Below, in pieces: positions 55,477-64,000 of a stretch of 64,000 nt of DNA. The stretch spans positions 2,110 to 66,109 of the forward strand of contig JAHFBE010000001.1 in assembly GCA_023250205.1 (NCBI GenBank). The letters run 5' to 3'. The notes under the pieces were generated by a model. That model searched no databases, was not told the origin of the DNA, and saw nothing but the letters and a program-made list of their open reading frames with translations. The stretch's first letter is position 1; the number at the start of each line of letters is the position of its first letter. The translations under genes were made by a program, and so were the position numbers. The DNA comes from Candidatus Melainabacteria bacterium (GTDB lineage: Bacteria > Cyanobacteriota > Vampirovibrionia > 2-02-FULL-35-15).

Positions 55477-56133
55477 ATGAATGAGAAGGTAATTAAAAAA
55501 TTTCAGGATAAGGGAATTACCATCTTGGATCCAAGAAACACATATATTAGCAGTGGCGTACAAATTGCAAAGGGTAATGTTATTTATCCAAATACCTTCT
55601 TAAAAGGGAAAATCAAAATTGGTCCAAAGAATATTCTTGGTCCTAATTTGTATTTAGAAGGTACAGTTACAGTTGGAAGTGGAAATAATATAACTTTTTC
55701 CCATATAACAAACTCTAAGATTGGAAATAATAACAACATAGGTCCTTACTCACGAATCAGAGATAATTCAACAATTAAAAACGACATCAAAATTGGTAAT
55801 TTTGTTGAAATTAAAAACTCACAAATTGATAACAACACACAGATTGCACATTTAAGCTATATCGGAGATGCAATAATTGGTAAGGCTGTAAATATTGGTG
55901 CCGGGACTATTACTGCAAACTATAATTCAACAACTGGTAAAAAGAGTAAAACCATTATAAAAGACAGAGCTTCAACAGGTTCAAATTCTGTGCTTGTAGC
56001 TCCTATCACTATTGGAGAAGATGCTTTAATCGCTGCCGGATCAGTAGTTACAAAGAATGTCCCAGCAAAAGCACTCGCCATCACAAGACCAAAGCAAGAA
56101 AATAAACTGGGTTGGGTAAAGAAAAAGTCTTAA
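55477..56133 (+). CDS. left-handed beta-helix acetyltransferase equivalent to the C-terminal half of GlmU
   Basis: Aligns by eye with E. coli GlmU residues ~230-456 (GNFVEIKNS, AHLSYIGDA, NIGAGTITANY, GSNSVLVAP); no uridyltransferase domain upstream. Confidence 0.8.
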   Translation: MNEKVIKKFQDKGITILDPRNTYISSGVQIAKGNVIYPNTFLKGKIKIGPKNILGPNLYLEGTVTVGSGNNITFSHITNSKIGNNNNIGPYSRIRDNSTIKNDIKIGNFVEIKNSQIDNNTQIAHLSYIGDAIIGKAVNIGAGTITANYNSTTGKKSKTIIKDRASTGSNSVLVAPITIGEDALIAAGSVVTKNVPAKALAITRPKQENKLGWVKKKS

Positions 56134-56140
56134 TCGAAAT

Positions 56141-57961
56141 CTAAATGTTTAATTCTTTAAACTCTTCTTTAAGAGCTTCTACATTTAATGGACTACCAGT
56201 CATGTGTTGAACTAACTCATCCCATGGATATGAAACTCCAACCCCTCTATATTGTTTTAAAAAATCTCCAGTACCTTCACTCAGCAATCCTCTTTCAGGG
56301 TCTAGTTGATTTATCTTTGCATGGGTTTGAGCTCTTGCTAACTGACCAAGAAAATAACATTGATAGTAAACCGGTGCAGTTGCAAAGTGAATTTTATAAG
56401 TCCAGTCAGGTTCATTTCTATCCTTAGGGGTTTTTACTCCAAGATATTCATCTACTTTTTCTACCCATAATTTATTTACATTTGTAAGATTCAATTGATC
56501 ATCAGGCAAATAATATAACTCTCTTTCAAAGTCAGGAATAAGTAGATAATTCTTAAAAAATGTAAGCAATTGCTGGGCAAGCCTATATTGATTTCCATCG
56601 TTTAAAAATTTATCCACTGTCTTATCATCAAATTGTGCAATTTCTTTTAACCAGTGCTTGTTATACATCAAACTTTCCATCATCATTGCATCACTCTCAG
56701 TAGTTATTGTATGAATATCTTTTAATATTGAGGGGAGTGATGGATCTACAAAAGAAAATCCTAATCCATGTCCAATAGCTTCATGAAATTCTGTAGCAAA
56801 GGTATCTCCCATACGTTTTTTAAATTTCGGATCAATATTTCCTATCGTTCTGATATCACTAGGAACATTTACTGAAAACATATACCAATGAGGTGTTTTA
56901 CCATAACGCGGGAAAAGATCACTTTGATCCATAATTGCATCGGCATCTGCTCCCATTTTTTTAGCTGTAGCTTTTATATAAGGACGAGGGTCCATGCCTT
57001 TAAAATACTTATCTGGAGAGAACTTCATTACATCATCAAGAATCGCAAAATCAGTTACTCCCCCTTGAAACCATGGAAGTCTTGCATCACTTTTTGAAAT
57101 TCCATAACGCTTTACTGCTGCCTGATCCATTTTTTCACGAAGCTTATCATAAAGAGGTTTCAGTTCATTTTTTACAGCTTTTCTTAATTCAACGAGCTGA
57201 GACTCATTTATTTCCTGTTTTTTAAGATCATATGAATAGAAATTATTAGCTCCTGATTTTCTGGCAAATTGATTTCTAAGTTTTACTGTTTCTAGGATCA
57301 ATTCTGCCGCAGTTGGTCCCTTGTCATCAATTCTATAGTTACCAAGAGAAAGTTTTGCCTGTACCAGCTTAATAGCCTCTTGAGGATCTCTTGTTTCATT
57401 AATCAAGCCTTCAAGTTTTTCAAGATCAACTTTCTTCCCTTCATATATAGGCTGGAATCCTCCATACATATGCTTTAACTGTGTAAGATTCTTAGATATT
57501 TGCACTTCAAGATCTGGAGCAACCTTACATTCCGATAACTTAAGATATGCCAACTCAACCTGTCTTTTAATAAATGGATTCCTTATTTGATCTTTGTCCT
57601 TATGTATTCCAATTATTAGATTTGCAATTTCAGGATTATTTTTAAATCCAATATAAGCTTCTTGTGTAGAGTCTGCCACTCCACCATAACTTTCCTGTAA
57701 TTTTTTTATCCTTGCTTCAAATTTATCTTTCCTCTCAAATCTTTTTCTTGTGCTCATTTGTTCTCCGCCAAGAACAAGCAAATCCCAATTAGCTTTTTCA
57801 ACATCTTCCATTAATTTAACTAGCTGTTTTCCATAAATATCCAGGAAATCTACAGCAGCTCTTTCAGTATCATTTAACTGATCCTTTGAAGAAGCTATTC
57901 TGACACTATCTACGACAGATTTTGCATCCTGGAATTTAGTTATTGGAGAAATAGCTTTCAC
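56141..57961 (-). CDS. putative zinc metallopeptidase with an HExxGH motif
   Basis: 606-aa ORF; FHEAIGHG encoded at 56768-56785; family unresolved. Confidence 0.5.
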   Translation of the reverse strand: MKAISPITKFQDAKSVVDSVRIASSKDQLNDTERAAVDFLDIYGKQLVKLMEDVEKANWDLLVLGGEQMSTRKRFERKDKFEARIKKLQESYGGVADSTQEAYIGFKNNPEIANLIIGIHKDKDQIRNPFIKRQVELAYLKLSECKVAPDLEVQISKNLTQLKHMYGGFQPIYEGKKVDLEKLEGLINETRDPQEAIKLVQAKLSLGNYRIDDKGPTAAELILETVKLRNQFARKSGANNFYSYDLKKQEINESQLVELRKAVKNELKPLYDKLREKMDQAAVKRYGISKSDARLPWFQGGVTDFAILDDVMKFSPDKYFKGMDPRPYIKATAKKMGADADAIMDQSDLFPRYGKTPHWYMFSVNVPSDIRTIGNIDPKFKKRMGDTFATEFHEAIGHGLGFSFVDPSLPSILKDIHTITTESDAMMMESLMYNKHWLKEIAQFDDKTVDKFLNDGNQYRLAQQLLTFFKNYLLIPDFERELYYLPDDQLNLTNVNKLWVEKVDEYLGVKTPKDRNEPDWTYKIHFATAPVYYQCYFLGQLARAQTHAKINQLDPERGLLSEGTGDFLKQYRGVGVSYPWDELVQHMTGSPLNVEALKEEFKELNI

Positions 57962-58187
57962 AAGTACTTTCCTAAATAATAATTAGGTTTAAATTAACAC
58001 AGTAAATTGATTTTAATCTAGCAGATACACTTAAAAAGTTTTTAATTTGTTTATCGTAGATACAACTAGGCGTTATATAGATCTAAATACTTCGTCTTCC
58101 CAAGCAGAGCATTTGTCCGGTTTACCCGGCAAATATGATCAGACAAAAGATAGAAAATCTAATAGCTGCGTAGCAGCTCAGAAGCGT

Positions 58188-58224
58188 TATAAAAAATAAC
58201 CCATGATTTTACAATCATGGGTTA
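58188..58224 (-). terminator. rho-independent terminator of 58244-58714
   Basis: TAACCCATGATT ttac AATCATGGGTTA followed on the minus strand by TTTTTT. Confidence 0.8.
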
Positions 58225-58243
58225 CGGAGAGAGAGAAAACAAA

Positions 58244-58714
58244 TTAGCCTAAACCAATTTGCTTTCCGGCTTTAATATTTAAGTTATCAATTTTAATTCC
58301 ATCTGCACCTGGTCTGAAGATAAATGAATCTGGAACTCCTTTTGTAGTAAGTTCTGTTTGTTTGGTTGATTTAGCAGGTACTTTTTCATGGTTTGAAATT
58401 CTGGTTAAAACTGTATAAGCAGAATTGAAAGATTTTTCCTCACTTACAACACTTCTGTTCCAAACTGTTTTTGCTGTTGGTGTAGGAGGGGCTTTTTTTT
58501 GCTGTGCTCCATTAGTATTTAATTTATTTTTCAATGTCTCAATAAGTTTCTTTAAATCATCATTAGCGCCTGCCTCTTTTTGAGACTCTTCTTTTAAAAC
58601 TTCTTGCTCATCTGCAAGCATCGCAGACTTTGCACCTGCTGCTGCTGTAATACTGGCTGTTGGGTCAAATCCACTTGGTCTGGCTTGTCTTTGCATTTGT
58701 CTTCTTGGTGGCAT
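58244..58714 (-). CDS. hypothetical protein, 156 aa
   Basis: ATG ORF followed by a terminator; no motif recognised. Confidence 0.5.
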   Translation of the reverse strand: MPPRRQMQRQARPSGFDPTASITAAAGAKSAMLADEQEVLKEESQKEAGANDDLKKLIETLKNKLNTNGAQQKKAPPTPTAKTVWNRSVVSEEKSFNSAYTVLTRISNHEKVPAKSTKQTELTTKGVPDSFIFRPGADGIKIDNLNIKAGKQIGLG

Positions 58715-58902
58715 ATATTTACCTCATCTATCTTGCTTCTGGTTAAGGACCAATTAAAGCTCTATACTTTAGATTGTAAACATTTTATTAAGAAAGTCAA
58801 CTGATAAATATTAAGCTTAGATTAACTGTATTTAATATGCACGTTTAAATAGAATTGCACACTTTATCAACGTTTTTTCTCTGAAAATGTAAAATATTAA
58901 GG

Positions 58903-60009
58903 ATGTCATTTAAAAAAGCTATTTTAGTACTTGAAGATGGGACCACTTTTGAAGGTAAGGGCTTTGGGCTGAAAGGCACAAGTTTTGGTGAAATTGTTTT
59001 TAACACCAGCTTGACTGGCTACCAGGAAATAATTACTGATCCAAGTTATGCAAATCAAATTATTACTTTTACATATCCTGAAATTGGGAATTACGGGACA
59101 AACAAAAATGATAATGAGTCAAAGAAAAGCTTTGCAAAAGGGGTGGTTATAAAAAACCTAAGTCCTATAGAAAGCAACTGGGAGTCAGAGATTTCGTTAA
59201 GTGAGTTCCTAATTTCTCAAAATATAATTGGAATCAGTGGGGTAGACACAAGAACAATTACAAGAAAAATAAGATCGAGTGGAGCAATGAGAGCCGGAAT
59301 TTCTACTGAAATTTCAGATTCAATAGTCCTACATAAAAAGATTTTAGAATCTCCTTCAATGCTTGGAACTGACTTAGCAAAAGAAGTTACTACAAAAAGT
59401 AACTATCGTGGTCCCATGCCAAAGATTCAACCAGCATGGCCAATAGTAGCTATGGATTTTGGAATCAAGCAAAACATTTTAAATAGACTTAGTAGCTATG
59501 GATGCGCTCCATTAGTTGTTCCAGCTATGACAACTTTTGAAGAAATTAAATCAATCAATCCGGTAGGCTTATTCTTATCAAATGGTCCAGGAGATCCTGA
59601 GCCCATAAAATATGCAATTGAGACCATTAAGAAAGTAATTGACAATTTAAAAATTCCAGTTTTTGGAATATGTTTAGGGCATCAACTTCTTGCACAGGCA
59701 TTTGGTGCAAAAACCTATAAGATGAAATTTGGACATCGTGGCGGAAATCAACCAGTCAAGAATCTAAGAACAGGAAGAATAGAAATTACTTCACAAAATC
59801 ATGGCTTTGCAGTAGAACCTGGATCTCTTCCAGAAGAATTAAAAATCACTCATATAAATCTTAACGACAATACTAATGAAGGATTTAGACACAAAGAATT
59901 ACCAATATTTTCTGTACAGTATCACCCAGAGGCTTCTCCAGGACCACATGACAGCGACTACCTGTTTGAAGAGTTTGTGGGATTGATTCGAAAATATAAT
60001 CACAAATAA
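58903..60009 (+). CDS. carA: carbamoyl-phosphate synthase small subunit
   Basis: FNTSLTGYQEI, GICLGHQ and QYHPEASPGPHD motifs. Confidence 0.96.
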   Translation: MSFKKAILVLEDGTTFEGKGFGLKGTSFGEIVFNTSLTGYQEIITDPSYANQIITFTYPEIGNYGTNKNDNESKKSFAKGVVIKNLSPIESNWESEISLSEFLISQNIIGISGVDTRTITRKIRSSGAMRAGISTEISDSIVLHKKILESPSMLGTDLAKEVTTKSNYRGPMPKIQPAWPIVAMDFGIKQNILNRLSSYGCAPLVVPAMTTFEEIKSINPVGLFLSNGPGDPEPIKYAIETIKKVIDNLKIPVFGICLGHQLLAQAFGAKTYKMKFGHRGGNQPVKNLRTGRIEITSQNHGFAVEPGSLPEELKITHINLNDNTNEGFRHKELPIFSVQYHPEASPGPHDSDYLFEEFVGLIRKYNHK

Positions 60010-60093
60010 TTTCTGGACACATAAATATTTTTCTAAAGCAGGTTAAGAAACTCTTGCTTATTAAAAGAGAAATTTGCTATTTAAAGAAATACA

Positions 60094-60657
60094 ATGGGTG
60101 GGGAAATAAATTCTAATCAGCCTTCAAAGGCTTATGGATTCGGTTCTGGCTTAAGAAAGCGGCTTGAAATGATGGCTGCAGCAAAAAAGAAGAACAATCA
60201 AGGTGAGCTTTTAAATACTGCTGGTCAAATTGCTGAAAAAAGCATTAAAGTTGAAGCTAAATCTGAGGGTAAACCAAAACCCGCTACAGCTTATGAAAAT
60301 GGCGCTAATGTAAAAGAGATGATAGTACGTACTGGAGCAATTCTTACAGACCCTACTGGTAAAACAGCTGAAGCTATAGTTGAGGAAGCTGAAAAAAATC
60401 AGACAAAAATTGATGAAGAAAAAAGAAAAAAAGACGAAGAGAAATATGGTGGGACTCCTACTTTGCCAGAAATAATAATTCATGGAATAGGAGACTTAGG
60501 AGATGTTGAGCTTAATCGTAGAGAATTGCTTTTTAGAAAACCAAAAGAAGGTGCACAAGCTGTGATAGAGGAATTGGGACCGACTTTTTTACCATGGCCA
60601 CTTAGTACAATTGCAAAGTTGCTCGGAGTATTCAACTGCGGTAAAAAGAAAAAATAA
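60094..60657 (+). CDS. hypothetical lysine-rich protein, 187 aa
   Basis: ATG ORF followed by a terminator hairpin; no motif recognised. Confidence 0.5.
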   Translation: MGGEINSNQPSKAYGFGSGLRKRLEMMAAAKKKNNQGELLNTAGQIAEKSIKVEAKSEGKPKPATAYENGANVKEMIVRTGAILTDPTGKTAEAIVEEAEKNQTKIDEEKRKKDEEKYGGTPTLPEIIIHGIGDLGDVELNRRELLFRKPKEGAQAVIEELGPTFLPWPLSTIAKLLGVFNCGKKKK

Positions 60658-60680
60658 TTGTAGCTTGTTTGGAGCTATAT

Positions 60681-60710
60681 AAAAAAGACCCCCCGACAGC
60701 TCGGGGGGAT
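60681..60710. terminator. bidirectional terminator hairpin between convergent genes
   Basis: AAAAAAGA CCCCCCGA cagc TCGGGGGG; the T-run is on the minus strand. Confidence 0.75.
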
Positions 60711-60749
60711 TAGTTGAACTCGCTGGTTGACAGGGGTAATTGGGTGGGA

Positions 60750-61631
60750 TTAACCAACAAGTTCAATAGCCTGTTGAACTAGTCTGTCAGCAACTTTGTG
60801 TGAATTAATTGCTGCAGCATATTGTCTTTGAGCTTCGATGATGTAATCAACTTCAACTTTAGTCCAAACATTGGATGCTTCTAAAGCTTCATTGAAAACA
60901 AGTGCATTACATGGTAGTGGAGCTCCACTTTCAGAGGTCTCTTTCCAGTAGGTACTACGGAAATTTTTCAAACCGTTGAGATTTTGGAAATTACGAGTGG
61001 CAACTTTATATAGTGAAACTTCACTGTCACCATATTTACCCCAGATAACTCCGGCTTTATCAATTCTAAGCTTTTCATATTTTCCAAGATATAAACCATT
61101 TGTTGGATCCATTCCAAGGTTAATTGGTTGTGGCTTACCAGCTTCCTGACCTGAGCCTACTGCTGGATAATTTCTTTTAGCTGGATTGCTAAGTGGATCT
61201 GCAAAAATATCAAATTCAAGCTTTGGTCCTAATTTGTTGTATTTTGAATTTCCTGATTGTTGAACATTTGACTGTAATGGAGTTCCTAACACAAGAAAAC
61301 CTTCTGCTGAAGTCATATATCCATTTTTATCAAAATTAAAATCACCAAGTCTTGTATAAACCACTTCATTATTTTCTGGATTTAATACTGTAAAGAATCC
61401 TTTTCCTCTTAACATCATTTTGGTTGGTTCACCAATTCTTGTAATTTGTTTACCTTGTCTCCAGGCAAAACCAGCATCTTCCATTGTGCCGCCATTTAAA
61501 TAGTCTCTAAATGTAAATCTTTTTGCATTATAACCAGGTGTTTCACCATTCATGACATTCTGAGTTAAAAAATCAATCATTTCTAGTGATGACTGTGCTG
61601 AGTTTGCTGCTACTATTGTGGTATTTAACAT
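60750..61631 (-). CDS. flagellar rod/hook family protein (FlgE/FlgF/FlgG-like)
   Basis: N-terminal ...LTQNVMNGETPGYNA and C-terminal LEASNV...IIEAQRQYAAAINSHKVADRL conserved flagellar axial-protein ends. Confidence 0.75.
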   Translation of the reverse strand: MLNTTIVAANSAQSSLEMIDFLTQNVMNGETPGYNAKRFTFRDYLNGGTMEDAGFAWRQGKQITRIGEPTKMMLRGKGFFTVLNPENNEVVYTRLGDFNFDKNGYMTSAEGFLVLGTPLQSNVQQSGNSKYNKLGPKLEFDIFADPLSNPAKRNYPAVGSGQEAGKPQPINLGMDPTNGLYLGKYEKLRIDKAGVIWGKYGDSEVSLYKVATRNFQNLNGLKNFRSTYWKETSESGAPLPCNALVFNEALEASNVWTKVEVDYIIEAQRQYAAAINSHKVADRLVQQAIELVG

Positions 61632-61682
61632 TTTTCTTCTTCTCCTGTTTCAATAGGGCTTAAAATACCCTTTGTGAGGTAT

Positions 61683-61716
61683 GGGTACATTACATGATGT
61701 TGGTTAAGAGAAGGTT
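61683..61716 (-). promoter_or_regulatory. conserved upstream motif shared with 63093-63127
   Basis: Minus strand AACCTTCTCTTAACCAACATCATGTAATGTACCC versus AACGTTCTCTTAACCGTTATCATGTAAGTTAGCCC. Confidence 0.35.
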
Positions 61717-61809
61717 TTAAAATTGATAAAAAAATGGTTTTTTTTGTTATTGCAAGGGATATCTTTAATTGCAATGTTGCAATTAGAACAATATTTATAA
61801 TTTACTCAA

Positions 61810-62592
61810 TTACATTAATTCTATTGCTTGTTTTTTGTTTTGTTTTGCTGGTTTCTTTTTACTTTTTCTTGTACCAGACTCGCTTGTAAATTCAAGCTCA
61901 GATCTATAAGCATTAAATTCTTTTAAGGATAATTGGTGATGGCGTAAGTTTTTATCAAGCTTATCCTTATGTTGTTTAACTAATTCTCCCATTTCAAAGG
62001 AACCAAGCAGTGAAGCAGATATACTTCTGTCAGGATTCATTCTTAATACCAGGGCCTGAACATCATTGATTAAAGGAATATCTATTCTTACTGCTTTTTT
62101 AGTTAAATCTTCAGTTACCGTTGGTGCAAACTTTTCCCATGCAGCTAGCATTTGGGATTTACTAGCTCTTCTTTGTCCTTGATCTGCAACTGGTTGGTAC
62201 ATAGCCTGACCAGCGAAATTTGCATTGTCCATCAATTGTTCTCTTGGACCTTTTGGTTCATCATCAAATCTTTTTTTCTTTTCTTTCATTTGATCAAGAA
62301 GCATATATGTGTTCTTTACTTCTGAAGAATCTTTATCTGTATTCTTTGTAATCTTTGTAATATCGGGCAATTTGTCCAGGTTATTTCCCTTTGCCTTCTT
62401 TTTCTTTACTTCAGATGAATCTTCAACAACTTCAGAAGATTTATCTCTTGCATTTTTAGCAGATTCTTTAGCCTGTGATTCAATAGCTTGCTCAAGAGTC
62501 TCATCAAAACTAACTCCAAGAGGGTTCTTTAACAAAGCATTGGCTTGTTTAAAGGAATCAAATTCGTTAAATTGTACTGATCCGTTCAACAT
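61810..62592 (-). CDS. FliK-like flagellar hook-length control protein (tentative)
   Basis: Position after fliJ; the C-terminal VRIDIPLINDVQALVLRMNPDRSISASLLGS...LDKNLRHHQLSL resembles the FliK C-terminal domain. Confidence 0.4.
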   Translation of the reverse strand: MLNGSVQFNEFDSFKQANALLKNPLGVSFDETLEQAIESQAKESAKNARDKSSEVVEDSSEVKKKKAKGNNLDKLPDITKITKNTDKDSSEVKNTYMLLDQMKEKKKRFDDEPKGPREQLMDNANFAGQAMYQPVADQGQRRASKSQMLAAWEKFAPTVTEDLTKKAVRIDIPLINDVQALVLRMNPDRSISASLLGSFEMGELVKQHKDKLDKNLRHHQLSLKEFNAYRSELEFTSESGTRKSKKKPAKQNKKQAIELM

Positions 62593-63035
62593 TAGTCCTC
62601 TCTACTTTCTAGCAATTCTCTAGCATATTTCATAACACCAATTTCATCCAATCTAATTCTTTCAACTCTATTTTCTTCTTCGTTATAATCTTTTTGTTTT
62701 TTTAATTTATGTCTTCTTAAAGCTTCTAATCTCATTTTTGCTTCTTTAACTTCTTGTTTTGCTTTTATCAATTTTTCCTGAGCTGATTGTAAATCTTTTT
62801 CTAGCTGTGCAATTTTATCATTCAGTTGTTTAATTCTTCTAATATATAGAGTTGCTTGAGCTAAGCCTTCTCTAATAAGTTCTGCGTGTAAATCATTTCT
62901 ACTTTCAGTAGTAGCACTTAACTCATGAGAAACCTTTCTTAAATAATCTTCTGCTTTTTTCATCGCAAGAATGGCTTCATCGAGTTCTTTTTCTCGAATC
63001 GTTAGTACTCTTTCTAATCTGTATTTGAATGTCAT
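62592..63035 (-). CDS. fliJ: flagellar export chaperone FliJ
   Basis: 147-aa coiled-coil protein with MTFKYRLERVLTIRE start and C-terminal EEENRVERIRLDEI pattern. Confidence 0.62.
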   Translation of the reverse strand: MTFKYRLERVLTIREKELDEAILAMKKAEDYLRKVSHELSATTESRNDLHAELIREGLAQATLYIRRIKQLNDKIAQLEKDLQSAQEKLIKAKQEVKEAKMRLEALRRHKLKKQKDYNEEENRVERIRLDEIGVMKYARELLESRED

Positions 63036-63092
63036 TTTGATTTACTTTCTTTTCTGATGAACCATAAGTAACATAAGGTTTCTTATGCGGTA

Positions 63093-63127
63093 GGGCTAAC
63101 TTACATGATAACGGTTAAGAGAACGTT
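63093..63127 (-). promoter_or_regulatory. conserved upstream motif shared with 61683-61716
   Basis: See 61683-61716. Confidence 0.35.
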
Positions 63128-63158
63128 ACGGGTTCAAAAATTAAATAATTCTTTCAAA

Positions 63159-64000
63159 TTAAGCACAAATTCTAACAAAAGCTGCCTTTAAAGAAATATA
63201 ATTAGGAGCATAGGCAGCAATAAAATTTCTTACTTTAGGGGCTATCTCCAGATCATATTCAGTTCCAACTGAAATTACAACCAGGTCAGGATATAAGTTT
63301 AAAAGTGAATTTAATAACTTCTTTTGATTGTTTCTAACTGCAATATCATATGTAATTAAAATTTTTCTTGAGTTCTTTTTACACTTATGAATTAATTTAT
63401 CAATAGTCTCTTGCTTTGGATTTATATCATATTCATGTAAATGATAACTCTTGAGCTTCAACTCATTACAAATTTGTGTCAAATCATCCACTCTTAGCTT
63501 TATTGAAACAGGAAAAATTATTTCAGCTACATCTTTAGAAGAAACTGGCTTATAGAATAAATCTTCTTTAATCCAGTGAACAACCTTATTTGCAAGCTCC
63601 ATTGACAGAAGATTATGCTTAGCAGTATTTAATTCATGATTAGAATTAGTTTTAGTTAAATATTTTTTCTTAGATGTAATTATCCTTCTATAGGATTCTT
63701 CAATTCTTTGTTGTAACTTTTTACTTCTTTGAGCATTCTGCAAGACAGAGTTAAAAGCCTGCAATGCACTTTTCATGAAGTGATTGAATAAAATAAAATC
63801 AGAGCCAGCGGATATTGCCGCAAGGGAAGCCTCAGGCAAAGTATAGTTTTTTGTTACTCCTTTCATATTCAATTCATCTGTAATAATCAACCCTTTAAAA
63901 CCCAGTTTTTTTTTAAGCACGTCATTCAATATTACTTTCGAAAGTGAAGCTGGCTTTTTCTTATCTTTTTCAAGCAACGGTAATTGAATATGACCAGTCA
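63159..64000 (-). CDS. glycoside hydrolase family 3 (NagZ-like beta-N-acetylhexosaminidase), 5' end outside the window
   Basis: GFKGLIITDELNMKGV block; the frame stays open to the window edge (…TGHIQLPLLEKD…), so the TTG in the track is not the real start. Confidence 0.75.
   Translation of the reverse strand, partial: TGHIQLPLLEKDKKKPASLSKVILNDVLKKKLGFKGLIITDELNMKGVTKNYTLPEASLAAISAGSDFILFNHFMKSALQAFNSVLQNAQRSKKLQQRIEESYRRIITSKKKYLTKTNSNHELNTAKHNLLSMELANKVVHWIKEDLFYKPVSSKDVAEIIFPVSIKLRVDDLTQICNELKLKSYHLHEYDINPKQETIDKLIHKCKKNSRKILITYDIAVRNNQKKLLNSLLNLYPDLVVISVGTEYDLEIAPKVRNFIAAYAPNYISLKAAFVRICA

Overview
AT-rich (by eye), densely coded bacterial chromosomal window, mostly housekeeping. It contains a split transketolase, trpS, a C-N hydrolase, a speE-dcd-purN-kpsF block, trmL, a PLP decarboxylase, an LdpA-like Fe-S protein, a ycf45-like ATPase, an SDR, rlmD, thiolase, mdh, anmK, trpG/pabA, a heptose kinase, thiE, rnd-rpsI-rplM, a PilO-like protein, argJ, UDG, lpxB, rarA, a DnaQ-like exonuclease, deoC, gyrA, surE, a CDF transporter, hisD, cobS/cobT-like, a stand-alone GlmU acetyltransferase half, carA, and a short flagellar block (fliJ, FliK-like, rod/hook protein). 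There is also an RNase P RNA gene (6157-6607, minus strand) that the ORF track covers with spurious ORFs. ycf45/LdpA homologues together with flagellar and pilus genes suggest a non-photosynthetic sister lineage of Cyanobacteria (Melainabacteria/Vampirovibrionia-like); this is inference only. I saw no transposase, integrase, CRISPR array, tRNA or rRNA. What stands out, in order: (1) Several families of small hairpin-forming repeats. A MITE-like element (GTCATTGCGAGG...CCTCGCAATGAC) has at least 15 copies, two of them inserted in frame in adjacent genes. GAAGCAC heptamer arrays sit in frame in three genes. A GCGTATTGAGTAT heptamer hairpin sits at about the P12 position of RNase P RNA. GTAGG...CCTAC palindromes supply stop codons. 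(2) Two genes (UDG, rnd) have their 3' ends duplicated on the far side of a small hairpin insert, with mostly synonymous divergence. (3) A roughly 1000-aa secreted Cys-rich protein has long P/Q/G tandem repeats and polyproline tails. (4) Two secreted proteins are built from 28-aa repeats. (5) A HEAT-repeat gene has no canonical start codon. (6) A conserved motif lies upstream of two flagellar genes. All calls come from reading the sequence and the ORF translations; no searches were run.
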